A DNA stretch of 64,000 bases from assembly GCA_001786955.1 (NCBI GenBank), contig MFUM01000004.1, forward strand, positions 4,457-68,456. The letters are read 5' to 3'. Positions 1 to 8,398 of this stretch are shown piece after piece. This DNA comes from Candidatus Nomurabacteria bacterium RIFCSPHIGHO2_12_FULL_42_19. Lineage in GTDB: Bacteria > Patescibacteriota > Minisyncoccia > Phycocordibacterales > UBA9973. The notes under the pieces are model-generated. The model was not told the DNA's origin and did not search any database. It saw only the letters and a list, made by a program, of their open reading frames with translations. The position numbers were made by a program, and so were the translations under genes. How positions within the stretch are numbered: the first letter of the stretch is position 1; the number at the start of each line of letters is the position of its first letter.

Positions 1-431
1 AGCTGGCCGCGAAAATCGGAAATATACGGCAGGCGGTCCCGGTCAAGCACATTAACAAATATTATGACTTTGCCCGGCCCGAAAATGTCGGACGGCAGGA
101 AACGGATACTGCCCCAGTCAATAAGCAGGCGCAGGTCGGATTCATGCTGCTGGCTGAAACCGCGGATAGAGGAGCCGTCAAAGGTCAGATTATTCGCCGA
201 GCCAAGCAGAAATTTTTTATCATAATCAAGCATATGAAAGCGGCCTTCCAGGTCCGTAAAGCAAAGCGTCACCGCCTTGATTCGTTTTTCTTTTTGCAGG
301 TATGCGCGATATTCTTTTTCAAGTTCCGCCGAGCTGGCCTTCTCCGCTCTATCTTGAGCGCGCAGGTTCATGGCCTCAAGCTCCCCGTAAGGAATTTCCA
401 AAAAGTTTTTCAATGCTTTATTATTTTCCAT
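1..431 (-). CDS. glnA: Glutamine synthetase, N-terminal part (partial; the gene continues past the window start)
   Basis: Minus-strand ATG at 431..429, open to position 1. Hand translation MENNKALKNFLEIPYGELEAMNLRAQ...VTLCFTDLEGRFHMLDYDKKFLLGSANNLTFDGSSIRGFSQQHESDLRLLIDWGSIRFLPSDIFGPGKVIIFVNVLDRDRLPYISDFRGQ. The FDGSSI(R/G)GF/W motif and overall pattern match the GS type I beta-grasp domain. The + strand ORF at 144..434 is antisense to this. Confidence 0.6.
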   Translation of the reverse strand, partial: MENNKALKNFLEIPYGELEAMNLRAQDRAEKASSAELEKEYRAYLQKEKRIKAVTLCFTDLEGRFHMLDYDKKFLLGSANNLTFDGSSIRGFSQQHESDLRLLIDWGSIRFLPSDIFGPGKVIIFVNVLDRDRLPYISDFRGQ

Positions 432-470
432 TGATTTTGCAAAATCACGTCGCGCAAACTCAATTAAAGC
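429..470 (-). promoter_or_regulatory. Conserved start-codon-proximal element, instance 1: hairpin GTCGCGC-N13-GCGCGAC followed by the perfect palindrome GATTTTGCAAAATC 1 nt before the ATG
   Basis: Minus sense reads GCGTCGCGCTTTAATTGAGTTTGCGCGACGTGATTTTGCAAAATCA-ATG. The same block recurs at 4336..4420, 12259..12310 and 63271..63330. Confidence 0.6.
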
Positions 471-705
471 GCGACGCTCTTTTATATTAATTTAATAAAT
501 ATTTAATATAATTAAATACTAAATTAAACTAATTATATACTATTTTTATATAATAGCTGTGGATAACCCCTCACATACGTGCACGTGAGGGGAAAATAAA
601 CAAAACCCCGCCTTACGGCGGGGTTTTGCGGCACATATACTGTCTATATAAAAATGTGAGAACACCTCACACTCACAAAAAGAGTATAGCATACTTGTCA
701 GAAAA

Positions 706-734
706 TTGCAAGTAAAAAGCAAATAGTGTAGAAT
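706..734 (+). promoter_or_regulatory. Sigma70-type promoter TTGCAA-17-TAGAAT driving the RNase P RNA
   Basis: TTGCAA at 706..711, a 17-nt spacer, TAGAAT at 729..734. The predicted start about 7 nt downstream coincides with the 5' strand of the RNA's P1 helix. Confidence 0.6.
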
Positions 735-740
735 ATCGGG

Positions 741-1139
741 GCAGGCATCGGGTAGCTACCCAGCTCCACTTTCAATACTGAAAGTAAAATTAGGTAAAAA
801 ATAGGTTGCTTATTTTACACAAAGTGATGAAATTGATTGAGTGTTGAAAGTGGGGCTGGGAGGAAAGTCCGAACACAGACCAGTTTAGTCTAGGAAAGTA
901 GAGGGTAACGCCCTCCCATAGCGATATGGAGTTGCGAACAGAAACGACCCGGTTAAGTCCGGCTGAAACGGCTAAATACTTACTCCTGTGCAAGATCGTG
1001 TCCAGCCCCACTTTTCAAAAAGTGGAGCTGGGAGAATCGCTTGAGCCTATCAGTAATGACGGGCCTAGATAAATTGCTATCCCTCTCGTATGCTTAATCG
1101 CATGTAAGGGGCACAGAATTCGGCTTATAGATGCCTGCA
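741..1139 (+). ncRNA. rnpB: RNase P RNA (bacterial type, with expansions)
   Basis: Contains GGAAAGTCCGAAC (P4 5' strand), GGGTAACGCCC, and ACAGAAtTCGGCTTATA (P4 3' strand). GCAGGCATC (743..751) pairs with GATGCCTGC (1130..1138) as P1. An intrinsic terminator follows. The ORF called at 790..1011 (-) lies inside this RNA and is rejected. Confidence 0.75.
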
Positions 1140-1149
1140 AAAAAACGAG

Positions 1150-1178
1150 AGTCCCCCGCCCAAAGCGGGGGATTTTCT
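1150..1178. terminator. Bidirectional intrinsic terminator (CCCCCGC-CCAAA-GCGGGGG with T/A runs on both sides)
   Basis: GC stem with flanking U-runs, lying between the convergent rnpB (+) and DUF192 (-) genes. Confidence 0.6.
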
Positions 1179-1179
1179 A

Positions 1180-1647
1180 TTAATATACAAATAAAACCCT
1201 GTCCCCTTCCTTTAAATTATTTTTATCTGAAAATCCGGCATTAATCTCCAAAATATATTTCGCATTAATATCCGGTCCAAAAGTTTCCGGATAGGACTCT
1301 GGCCACGCGTCTTTTTTTATATATATCACTTTCATATCTTCAGTAATCCAAACGATGTCTATTGGAAAATTCATTCCCTTCATCCAAAAATAATATTTGC
1401 CGGGATGTTCAAAAACAAACAGCATACCCTCGTTTGTTTTTAATTCATTCCGTCCTCCGAGACCTTTTTGCCGTTCGGCGTCAGTCAAAGCCAAATCAAC
1501 TTTAATATTGGCCCCCGTCAATCTCACATACTTTATATTTTCCGGACTAAGGTTCTTGACAGGCTGATTGATTAGAAAAAATCCTATTACAAAAAAAACA
1601 ATAACCAAGGCGAAGCTAGAGAAAGAAGAAATATTTTTTTTATTCAT
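1180..1647 (-). CDS. DUF192-family protein with an N-terminal membrane anchor
   Basis: 155 aa. The pattern GLGGR...GMLFVF...YFWMKGMNFPIDIVWI resembles DUF192/COG1430. Confidence 0.55.
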   Translation of the reverse strand: MNKKNISSFSSFALVIVFFVIGFFLINQPVKNLSPENIKYVRLTGANIKVDLALTDAERQKGLGGRNELKTNEGMLFVFEHPGKYYFWMKGMNFPIDIVWITEDMKVIYIKKDAWPESYPETFGPDINAKYILEINAGFSDKNNLKEGDRVLFVY

Positions 1648-1656
1648 AATTCAGGG

Positions 1657-3060
1657 CTATTTAGGATCTCCGTTCCAGCCGAAAAGTTTCCCAATAGAAT
1701 CCGCGCTCTCGCGTTTGCGGGCGATTTTAATCATCCCGTCCCGGGCAATAATTTTTAGCGGTGTCGCCAGAAGACAATGATGCGAAGCCAGGCCGTCTTG
1801 ATACGCACCGGTATCCAAGACCGCCACAAACTGGTCCTGGTTGTCATGAAGCTTCGGCAAAAGAATATAATTTCCCCCAGCTGTGTATTTATCATCTGAA
1901 TCGCAAGTGCTCCCCGCTAGCCAGGTTGTTTTCAGGGCGCCATGCATATTGTTTGCCGGAATGACGTGGAACTTTTGGTGTATAGCCCAAGTATCCTTAA
2001 TGTCGTTCATAAAAGATCCGTCAATAATATACCAGGCTTTGGCATTCGCTTTCGGTATAAATTTTTTGGAAAGCACTTTGTAAATCGTCATTTCTGCCGG
2101 AGCCACGATGTATTGCCCCCACTCTACTATAAGATTTGGATGCCTGATTCCCGCTTTGTCTGATAAATTTTTAAGTATTTTGATAATCTTACTGGAAACT
2201 CCTTTAGCGGTATAAAATTTTTTCTTTTCATAAGGAATGCCAAATCCGCCGCCAATGTCCAGCGTATCAAGCGAAGGATGGATTTTTTGCAATTGTATAT
2301 ACATACTAAAAGCATGCTTTATGCCGTTTAAAATACTTTTTTGTGTTTTAATCTGCGACCCCAGATGGTAATGCATCACTTTAAGGTTTTTCATTTTGTT
2401 TAATTCAAGAGCATCTTTTTCTGAAAGTCCGAAACGGTCAAATTTTTTATCCCAATGCGAATCGGTTTTAATATTCAAATCTATCCGAGCTCCGATGTCG
2501 CCTTTATATTTTGAAAGCCTTTCAATTTCATCCAGACTTTCTATAATCGGCACAATATTCATACCTTTAGCGCGAAGTTCTTCTATTAAATCCAAATACT
2601 GGTCGGTTTTCGGGCCGTTGCAAAGTACGCGGATTTTGCTGTTGAATTTCTCTCCTTCCCAAAGTTTCTTTACAATCCAAAGCTCGTTGGCGGATGTCGC
2701 TTCCAGATTGGCGCCCTCGGAAAGGAGTGAAAGGATAAATTCCTTATTTTGATTCACTTTCATTGGATAGTGATAGAAAAATTTCCCCCGATAGCCGTAT
2801 ATTTTCATATAGGCTTGAAAATAGCCAATCAAGTCTTTTAATCTGTCTTCAATGATAAAAGGGAAAATTACCTGCAGTGGCGTGCCATATTTATACGCCA
2901 GGTCGCTTAAATTATAAATGTGATGGCCTTCAGTGGCTGTCAGTTCGCCGTCCTTATTGACACCGAAAAACTGGGTGTTGAATTCATCCGCTCCGAGCTT
3001 CCAAAATTTCTTCCAATTTTTCTGCGGTCTTTTGGGCTTTTTGGGTTTTTTCTTCGGCAT
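1657..3060 (-). CDS. speA: PLP-dependent decarboxylase, biosynthetic arginine decarboxylase (SpeA)-like, shortened, with a poly-Lys N-terminus
   Basis: 467 aa. Motifs HYPMKVNQ, VLCNGPKTD, HYHLGSQ, LDIGGGFGIPY and GSTCDSDD align with E. coli SpeA motifs YYPVKVNQ, VIVCNGYKD, HFHLGSQ, FDVGGGLGVDY and ITCDSDG. Confidence 0.65.
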   Translation of the reverse strand: MPKKKPKKPKRPQKNWKKFWKLGADEFNTQFFGVNKDGELTATEGHHIYNLSDLAYKYGTPLQVIFPFIIEDRLKDLIGYFQAYMKIYGYRGKFFYHYPMKVNQNKEFILSLLSEGANLEATSANELWIVKKLWEGEKFNSKIRVLCNGPKTDQYLDLIEELRAKGMNIVPIIESLDEIERLSKYKGDIGARIDLNIKTDSHWDKKFDRFGLSEKDALELNKMKNLKVMHYHLGSQIKTQKSILNGIKHAFSMYIQLQKIHPSLDTLDIGGGFGIPYEKKKFYTAKGVSSKIIKILKNLSDKAGIRHPNLIVEWGQYIVAPAEMTIYKVLSKKFIPKANAKAWYIIDGSFMNDIKDTWAIHQKFHVIPANNMHGALKTTWLAGSTCDSDDKYTAGGNYILLPKLHDNQDQFVAVLDTGAYQDGLASHHCLLATPLKIIARDGMIKIARKRESADSIGKLFGWNGDPK

Positions 3061-3091
3061 CTAAGTAAAAATAATTATAGCAAGTGCTGAT

Positions 3092-3130
3092 AAAATGTAA
3101 ACCCCCACATCTATATATAAGTGTGGGGGT
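3092..3130 (-). terminator. Intrinsic terminator after tgt (CCCCCACA-loop-TGTGGGGG plus a T-run on the minus strand)
   Basis: Hairpin at 3102..3129 followed by TTTACATTTTA in the minus sense. A TTTACA-16-TATAAT-like promoter for speA overlaps it. Confidence 0.55.
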
Positions 3131-3138
3131 AAAGGATT

Positions 3139-4338
3139 TTAGGATTTTAAATACCCTTTTAAAAATTCCTTCTTGAATTCAAAGAAGTTGTCGTCCAGGA
3201 TTGACTGCCGGATTTTTTTAACTAAATTAATAATGAAATACAAATTATGTATTGAAGCAAGAGTTGCGGCCAGTATTTCTTTACCATGAAAGAGATGGGC
3301 GAGGTAAGCGCGGGAATAGTTCGCGCATAAATAGCATTTACAATTCTCTTCAACCGCATTAAAGTCATTTTTATATTTAGCATTCATTATATTTATTTTC
3401 CCATTTTTGGTATAGAGTGAGCCATTGCGGGCATTGCGCGTCGGCGCAACGCAATCAAACAAATCCACGCCGTTTTCTATGCCCATAAACAAATCCTCCG
3501 GCTCGCCGATGCCGAGCAGATGCCGAGGCTTTTCTTCCGGCAATATTTCATTTACCCATCGGACCGCTGTCTGCATATCTTCCTTGGCAAAAGAGCCGCC
3601 GATACCAAAACCGTCAAAATCTAAACTCTTTAGAAAGTTTGCCGATTTTTTTCGGAGCGTTTCGTCTCTTCCGCCTTGCACAATACCGAACAATGCAATG
3701 TTGTTTTTTTTATTTAATTTATCATGTTCTTCTAAACTTCTTTTTGCCCAATTATGAGTTCGTTCCAACGCCTCTGTCTGATATCTAAAATCTTCCGCCG
3801 GGCTGGTGCACTCGTCAAAAGCAAAAATTATATCTGCGCCCAGGTTGTGCTGGATTTGGATTGATTTTTCCGGAGTGATGTAATGGATGCTGCCGTCCAA
3901 GTGCGATTTAAAAGAAACCCCGTCCTGTCCGATTTTAGCCAAACGAGGAGCACCAGAGTCATCAAAGCGTTCCGGAATCAACAAGGACGAATCGGTAATT
4001 TTTGTGATTTTAGAAACCTGCTTACCATAAGCTGCGCCCAGGGAAAAAACCTGAAAGCCGCCGGAATCGGTAATTATAGGGCTATTCCAATTCATAAATT
4101 TATGCAGACCGCCCGCTTTGGCTACCAACTCATCACCAGGCTGTAAATATAAATGATAGGTATTGGCTAAAATTACTTCAGCTCCCAGATCCCTAGCCTG
4201 CTCGGGGGTCAGAGCTTTCACGCTGGCTTTCGTGCCGACCGGCACAAAAGCCGGAGTCTGAATAACTCCATGCGCTGTAGTGATGACTCCCACCCTTCCT
4301 AAACAATTTTCCAATTTTTTCTCTATTTTGAAATGCAT
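3139..4338 (-). CDS. tgt: Queuine tRNA-ribosyltransferase (tRNA-guanine transglycosylase)
   Basis: 399 aa. Contains GVIQTPAFVPVGT, ITDSGGFQV, and a C-terminal zinc site CKCYLCANYSRAYLAHLF. Confidence 0.9.
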   Translation of the reverse strand: MHFKIEKKLENCLGRVGVITTAHGVIQTPAFVPVGTKASVKALTPEQARDLGAEVILANTYHLYLQPGDELVAKAGGLHKFMNWNSPIITDSGGFQVFSLGAAYGKQVSKITKITDSSLLIPERFDDSGAPRLAKIGQDGVSFKSHLDGSIHYITPEKSIQIQHNLGADIIFAFDECTSPAEDFRYQTEALERTHNWAKRSLEEHDKLNKKNNIALFGIVQGGRDETLRKKSANFLKSLDFDGFGIGGSFAKEDMQTAVRWVNEILPEEKPRHLLGIGEPEDLFMGIENGVDLFDCVAPTRNARNGSLYTKNGKINIMNAKYKNDFNAVEENCKCYLCANYSRAYLAHLFHGKEILAATLASIHNLYFIINLVKKIRQSILDDNFFEFKKEFLKGYLKS

Positions 4339-4420
4339 TGATTTTGCGAAATCACGTCACGCAAGTTAATTCTGATGAATTATGTCGTGTTCTCCTTTAA
4401 AACACGACCGGCGCGACGCT
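4336..4420 (-). promoter_or_regulatory. Conserved start-proximal element, instance 2 (before tgt)
   Basis: Minus sense reads GCGTCGCGCC...(nested hairpin)...TTGCGTGACGTGATTTCGCAAAATCA-ATG. The palindrome GATTTCGCAAAATC sits 1 nt before the ATG. Confidence 0.6.
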
Positions 4421-4421
4421 T

Positions 4422-5264
4422 CTATATTTCCACTTCCACGAATTTTAACTCCTGAATATTGACCGGGCTGGAAAGCAACGCTTTGGCAAAAGGATTGCGT
4501 GGGTCAGAGATTATCTTTTCAACAACAGCCAAAAGCAGAGAATTAATGCCGGGCAAAACCACCTGATCTCCTTTTTGCAAGATAAAATCTTTAGGCATTG
4601 TCATTTCAAAATTTCCCCCGCCCCGCCCGACAACTTCCATAAAAACATCCCCGCCTGCGTGAGCAGACCGACCCGCAATTATAGCCTGCGTTCTTTCTCC
4701 TGCATTTGAAAACAAAATTACTTTGGAAGAATTGTCATAAGCAAGGCTCACGCGCCCAATCGGCACATTACCTAGGGCAAAAACTATATTCCCCGTTTTT
4801 ACTCCCCTGTTCGTGCCCGTATCAATGATAAGCGTATCATAAGGAGATTGATTCGGTTTGGACAAAATAGCGGATAAAATCATCTTAACCTTTTCGTTTT
4901 TCCCTGCCTTGCCGACAGGCAGACGTCCTAAAATTTCCTTGATTTTTAAATTCTCATCCAAAATAGAATTGTAATTCGCTGTTCTTGCTTCTTGTTCGTT
5001 CAGTCTCAATTTCAAATCTTCATTTTCCCAAAGAAGAGATTTTTTGGAATAAAAATAGGAACCGGCATCTGATAATTTTCCATTTATGTTATTTCCTAAA
5101 ATTAAAACCGGGCGGAAAAGCCATCCGCTCATATAGGACAGCCCGTTAAAAATTCCCGTTCTGAAATAAAATAAAACAATCAAAACAAAAGCGCTAAGCG
5201 CAATATTTAAAAATTTTTTTCTTTTATTTTTTTTATCTAGGAGGTAGCTCATCTTGGTTGCCAA
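4422..5264 (-). CDS. mreC: Rod shape-determining protein MreC
   Basis: 280 aa. N-terminal TM segment, a coiled-coil region, then a beta-rich C-terminus. It lies directly downstream of mreB. Confidence 0.75.
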   Translation of the reverse strand: MATKMSYLLDKKNKRKKFLNIALSAFVLIVLFYFRTGIFNGLSYMSGWLFRPVLILGNNINGKLSDAGSYFYSKKSLLWENEDLKLRLNEQEARTANYNSILDENLKIKEILGRLPVGKAGKNEKVKMILSAILSKPNQSPYDTLIIDTGTNRGVKTGNIVFALGNVPIGRVSLAYDNSSKVILFSNAGERTQAIIAGRSAHAGGDVFMEVVGRGGGNFEMTMPKDFILQKGDQVVLPGINSLLLAVVEKIISDPRNPFAKALLSSPVNIQELKFVEVEI

Positions 5265-6279
5265 TCAGAATTTCTTTATAAAGAGGAAGATTGTCCAGAA
5301 TTACCCCCGTCCCGCGAGCCACGGCCGAGAGCGGATCTTCCACTACATAAACCGGAATTTTAAGAACTCTTTGTAAAAGCTGGTCAAGCCCCGGAAGCAA
5401 AGCCCCGCCGCCGGACAAAGTAATCCCCCGATGCATTATGTCGGATAAAATTTCCGGCGGTGTCGTTTCCAGCATGTCTTTCACGCCTTCTACCAGACTT
5501 TTGATTGAAGATGAAAGCGCTTCACGAATATCGGAATCCGTCACCACTACTTCGCGCGGCAATCCGGTAAGAAGGTCCCGTCCGTGGACTTCTGTTTCCA
5601 TGTATTCTCCCTGGACAACGGAACCGATGGCAATCTTGACCATCTCGGCTGTCCGCTCTCCAATCAGTATTTTAAATTCATCGCGCATATAAGTGATAAT
5701 GTCATTATTCAGCCGGTCGCCGGCTATTTTCAGATTTTTTGACTTGACGATTCCGCCCAAGGAAATTACCGCAACATCTGTCGTTCCGCCGCCGACGTCT
5801 ATAATCATGGAACCAACGGGGTCTTTGATTGGAAGCCGGATGCCGATGGCGGCCGCCATCGGTTCTTCTACCAGGAAAACTTCCCTGGCGCCGGCGGAGC
5901 GCGCCGCATCGTAGACTGCCCGCGTTTCAACGTTAGTCGTGCCGGATGGCACGCCGACCAGGACTCTCGGCCGCGCCAACTTTTTGGACATTTTGTCGGC
6001 TTTGTTTATCAGATAGGAGAGCATTTCTTCGGTTACTTCAAAATCGGAAATAACGCCATCCACCAGCGGACGGATAGCTTTGATGTGCCCGGGAGTGCGC
6101 CCGAGCATTTCTTTGGCCTGCACGCCAACTGCCAGGATTTGATTGGTTTTGATGTTGACTGCCACGACTGAAGGCTCGTTGATTACGATACCGTGGCCTT
6201 TCAAATACACCAAGGTATTGGAAGTGCCCAGATCTATGCCGATGTCGTTGGAGATTAATTTGTAGAATTTTTCAAACAT
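5233..6279 (-). CDS. mreB: Rod shape-determining protein MreB (actin-like)
   Basis: 348 aa. Contains IGIDLGTSNTLVY, DVGGGTTDVAVISLGGIV and LSGGGALL. Confidence 0.95.
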   Translation of the reverse strand: MFEKFYKLISNDIGIDLGTSNTLVYLKGHGIVINEPSVVAVNIKTNQILAVGVQAKEMLGRTPGHIKAIRPLVDGVISDFEVTEEMLSYLINKADKMSKKLARPRVLVGVPSGTTNVETRAVYDAARSAGAREVFLVEEPMAAAIGIRLPIKDPVGSMIIDVGGGTTDVAVISLGGIVKSKNLKIAGDRLNNDIITYMRDEFKILIGERTAEMVKIAIGSVVQGEYMETEVHGRDLLTGLPREVVVTDSDIREALSSSIKSLVEGVKDMLETTPPEILSDIMHRGITLSGGGALLPGLDQLLQRVLKIPVYVVEDPLSAVARGTGVILDNLPLYKEILIGNQDELPPR

Positions 6280-6294
6280 AATTAAGAACGGTTC

Positions 6295-7563
6295 TTAAGA
6301 AGTTTCCCCAAGAACCGTTCTTGTTAATTCTTCTAAAGAAACAATTTTTCCTTTCTCTTCAGCACGTTTTTTTAATTCTATTCCTTTTTCTTTTATACTC
6401 CGTAGAGATACAACCGCGCGAAATGGTATTCCAAGTAAATCCGCATCAGAAAACTTTTCTCCAGCCGATATGTTCATTCGGTCATCGAACAGGACTTCAA
6501 TACCCGCTTTCGATAAGCTTTTATAAACTCTATCAGCTTCTGCCGAAGTTGTTTCATCGTCCCCAAGCGCAAGCAAATGCACCTGAAATGGCGCTATAGA
6601 TTCCGGCCAAATTATACCTTTATCGTCGGCCAGAACCTCTACCACCGTGCCCAAGAGACGCCCCAGCCCTATGCCATAACAACCCATTAAAACAGGGTGT
6701 TTTTCCCCTTTTTCGTCTGTAAAGGATAAATCAAACGGCGCTGAGTATTTTGTTTTTAAGTCAAAAATATTCCCAACCTCAATAGCTCTTTGCTCGACTA
6801 ATTTTTCCTTTTTCAGATTAAGCTGGTTTAAAATCTCATCACTTAAAACCTCCTTATTCACGGCAACACCGCTCGCTTCATCAACATAGATAACATCTTC
6901 GCCCACGGGAGTAATGGTTTGAAATTCATGCGAATATTTTGCAAAAGTCCCGCCTGAAGCGAAAGTCATATAAGTCAGGTGCCCAATACCGACTCTGGAA
7001 AAAATAGTTTTATAAGCATCTTGCATTTTGCTGTAAAAATTTTCAAAGTCCCCAGCCGAAGTGTGAAAAGAATACATGTCTTTCATGATAAATTCCCTAC
7101 CACGCAACATTCCGGACTTGGCGCGAAGTTCCATTCTAAACTTATTTTGAATTTGATAAATATAGAGCGGAAAATCTTTATGCGAGGAAATATAATTTTT
7201 TAAAATTGGAACAACTATTTCTTCATGGGTGGGTCCCAGGGCAACTTCCCGACCGGAAGAATCTCCGACTTTGTATAAATCATCCATTGCCTGCCACCGG
7301 CCGGTTTTTTCCCAATTTTCTTTCGGCTGCATTGTGGACATCAGGACTTCCTGCCCACCGACTTTATCCATCTCTTCCCTGATTATATTTTCAATTTTCC
7401 TTAAAACCCGAAGCCCCAGCGGCAGGTAGCTATAAACTCCGGCCATTTCTTTGTGAACAAAACCCCCGCGAATAAGCAATTCGGCGTTTCTGGAAACTTC
7501 ATCCGCCGGACTCTCTTTTCTGGTCCTGGTAAAAAGCTTAGATTGTCTCATGCTGTTAATCAT
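6295..7563 (-). CDS. proS: Prolyl-tRNA synthetase (short form without an editing insertion)
   Basis: 422 aa. Class II motifs are present: LRGREFIMKDMYSF and GCYGIGLGRLLG. Confidence 0.9.
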   Translation of the reverse strand: MINSMRQSKLFTRTRKESPADEVSRNAELLIRGGFVHKEMAGVYSYLPLGLRVLRKIENIIREEMDKVGGQEVLMSTMQPKENWEKTGRWQAMDDLYKVGDSSGREVALGPTHEEIVVPILKNYISSHKDFPLYIYQIQNKFRMELRAKSGMLRGREFIMKDMYSFHTSAGDFENFYSKMQDAYKTIFSRVGIGHLTYMTFASGGTFAKYSHEFQTITPVGEDVIYVDEASGVAVNKEVLSDEILNQLNLKKEKLVEQRAIEVGNIFDLKTKYSAPFDLSFTDEKGEKHPVLMGCYGIGLGRLLGTVVEVLADDKGIIWPESIAPFQVHLLALGDDETTSAEADRVYKSLSKAGIEVLFDDRMNISAGEKFSDADLLGIPFRAVVSLRSIKEKGIELKKRAEEKGKIVSLEELTRTVLGETS

Positions 7564-7631
7564 ACTTGCATCTTACCCGAAAAAAGTCTTTTGGTCAAAG
7601 CAAAAACTCTTCCATAAAATAGAAGAAAAAT

Positions 7632-7666
7632 TTGCAAAAAAGAGAGTTTTCTGCTATATTATTCGT
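7632..7666 (+). promoter_or_regulatory. Promoter TTGCAA-17-TATATT ending 6 nt before the rpsB ATG (leaderless or near-leaderless transcript)
   Basis: TTGCAA at 7632..7637, a 17-nt spacer, TATATT at 7655..7660, and the ATG at 7667. Confidence 0.5.
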
Positions 7667-8392
7667 ATGCAAAAAACAGATATTAGGAAAGATTCAGATA
7701 CAATAATAGAAAAAATGTTCAAAGCCGGAGCGCATTACGGCTACAGCAAGACCAGAAGACACCCTTCTGTTTCTTCGTATATATACGCCACAAAAAATAA
7801 CGGAGACATCATAAATCTTGAAAAAACAGGTGTGATGCTGGATGAAGCCGTGAAATTTGTAAAAAACCTGGGAGCTCAGGGTAAAGTTGTCCTTTTCGTC
7901 GGCACAAAACCTGAAGCCAAAGAAACAATCAAAAATGTTGCGGAATCCCTGAATATGCCCTACGTCATGGAAAGATGGATAGGGGGCACCCTCTCTAATT
8001 TCATAGAGATAAAAAAAAGGATTGCCGAACTGGAAAATTACCATAAAGACAGCCTTGAGGGCGGACTGGATAAGTACACAAAAAAAGAACGAGTGATAAT
8101 GGCTAAAAAAATAGAAAAACTCACAAGATATTATTCCGGACTGATTGGCTTAAAAAAAACTCCGGATGCTTTATTTATTATAGACGGAAAAGCGGAGCAT
8201 ATTGCCCTAACTGAGGCAAAAAAAGGAAATGTGCCTATCGTTGCTTTGGTAAACTCTGATTCAAATATTAAAGGTATTGATTATCCGATTATTGCCAATG
8301 ATTCCGGAATTCCATCCATCAAATTTTTTGCCGCCGCTATTGCCGATGCTTATAGAGAAGGTCAAAATTCCGCGCCGGTTAAAACATTTTAA
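7667..8392 (+). CDS. rpsB: 30S ribosomal protein S2
   Basis: FKAGAHYGYSKTRRHP matches the S2 N-terminal signature. The ORF track starts at 7550, but the promoter and the S2 alignment favour the ATG at 7667. Confidence 0.85.
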   Translation: MQKTDIRKDSDTIIEKMFKAGAHYGYSKTRRHPSVSSYIYATKNNGDIINLEKTGVMLDEAVKFVKNLGAQGKVVLFVGTKPEAKETIKNVAESLNMPYVMERWIGGTLSNFIEIKKRIAELENYHKDSLEGGLDKYTKKERVIMAKKIEKLTRYYSGLIGLKKTPDALFIIDGKAEHIALTEAKKGNVPIVALVNSDSNIKGIDYPIIANDSGIPSIKFFAAAIADAYREGQNSAPVKTF

Positions 8393-8398
8393 ATCCAC

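Noticed and set aside
144-434. 96-aa plus-strand ORF (and the 302..490 ORF)
   Set aside because: It is antisense to a much better supported glutamine synthetase reading frame (FDGSSIRGF motif) on the minus strand.
790-1011. 73-aa minus-strand ORF
   Set aside because: It lies entirely inside the RNase P RNA (P4 and other conserved motifs present). It is a non-coding structural RNA region.
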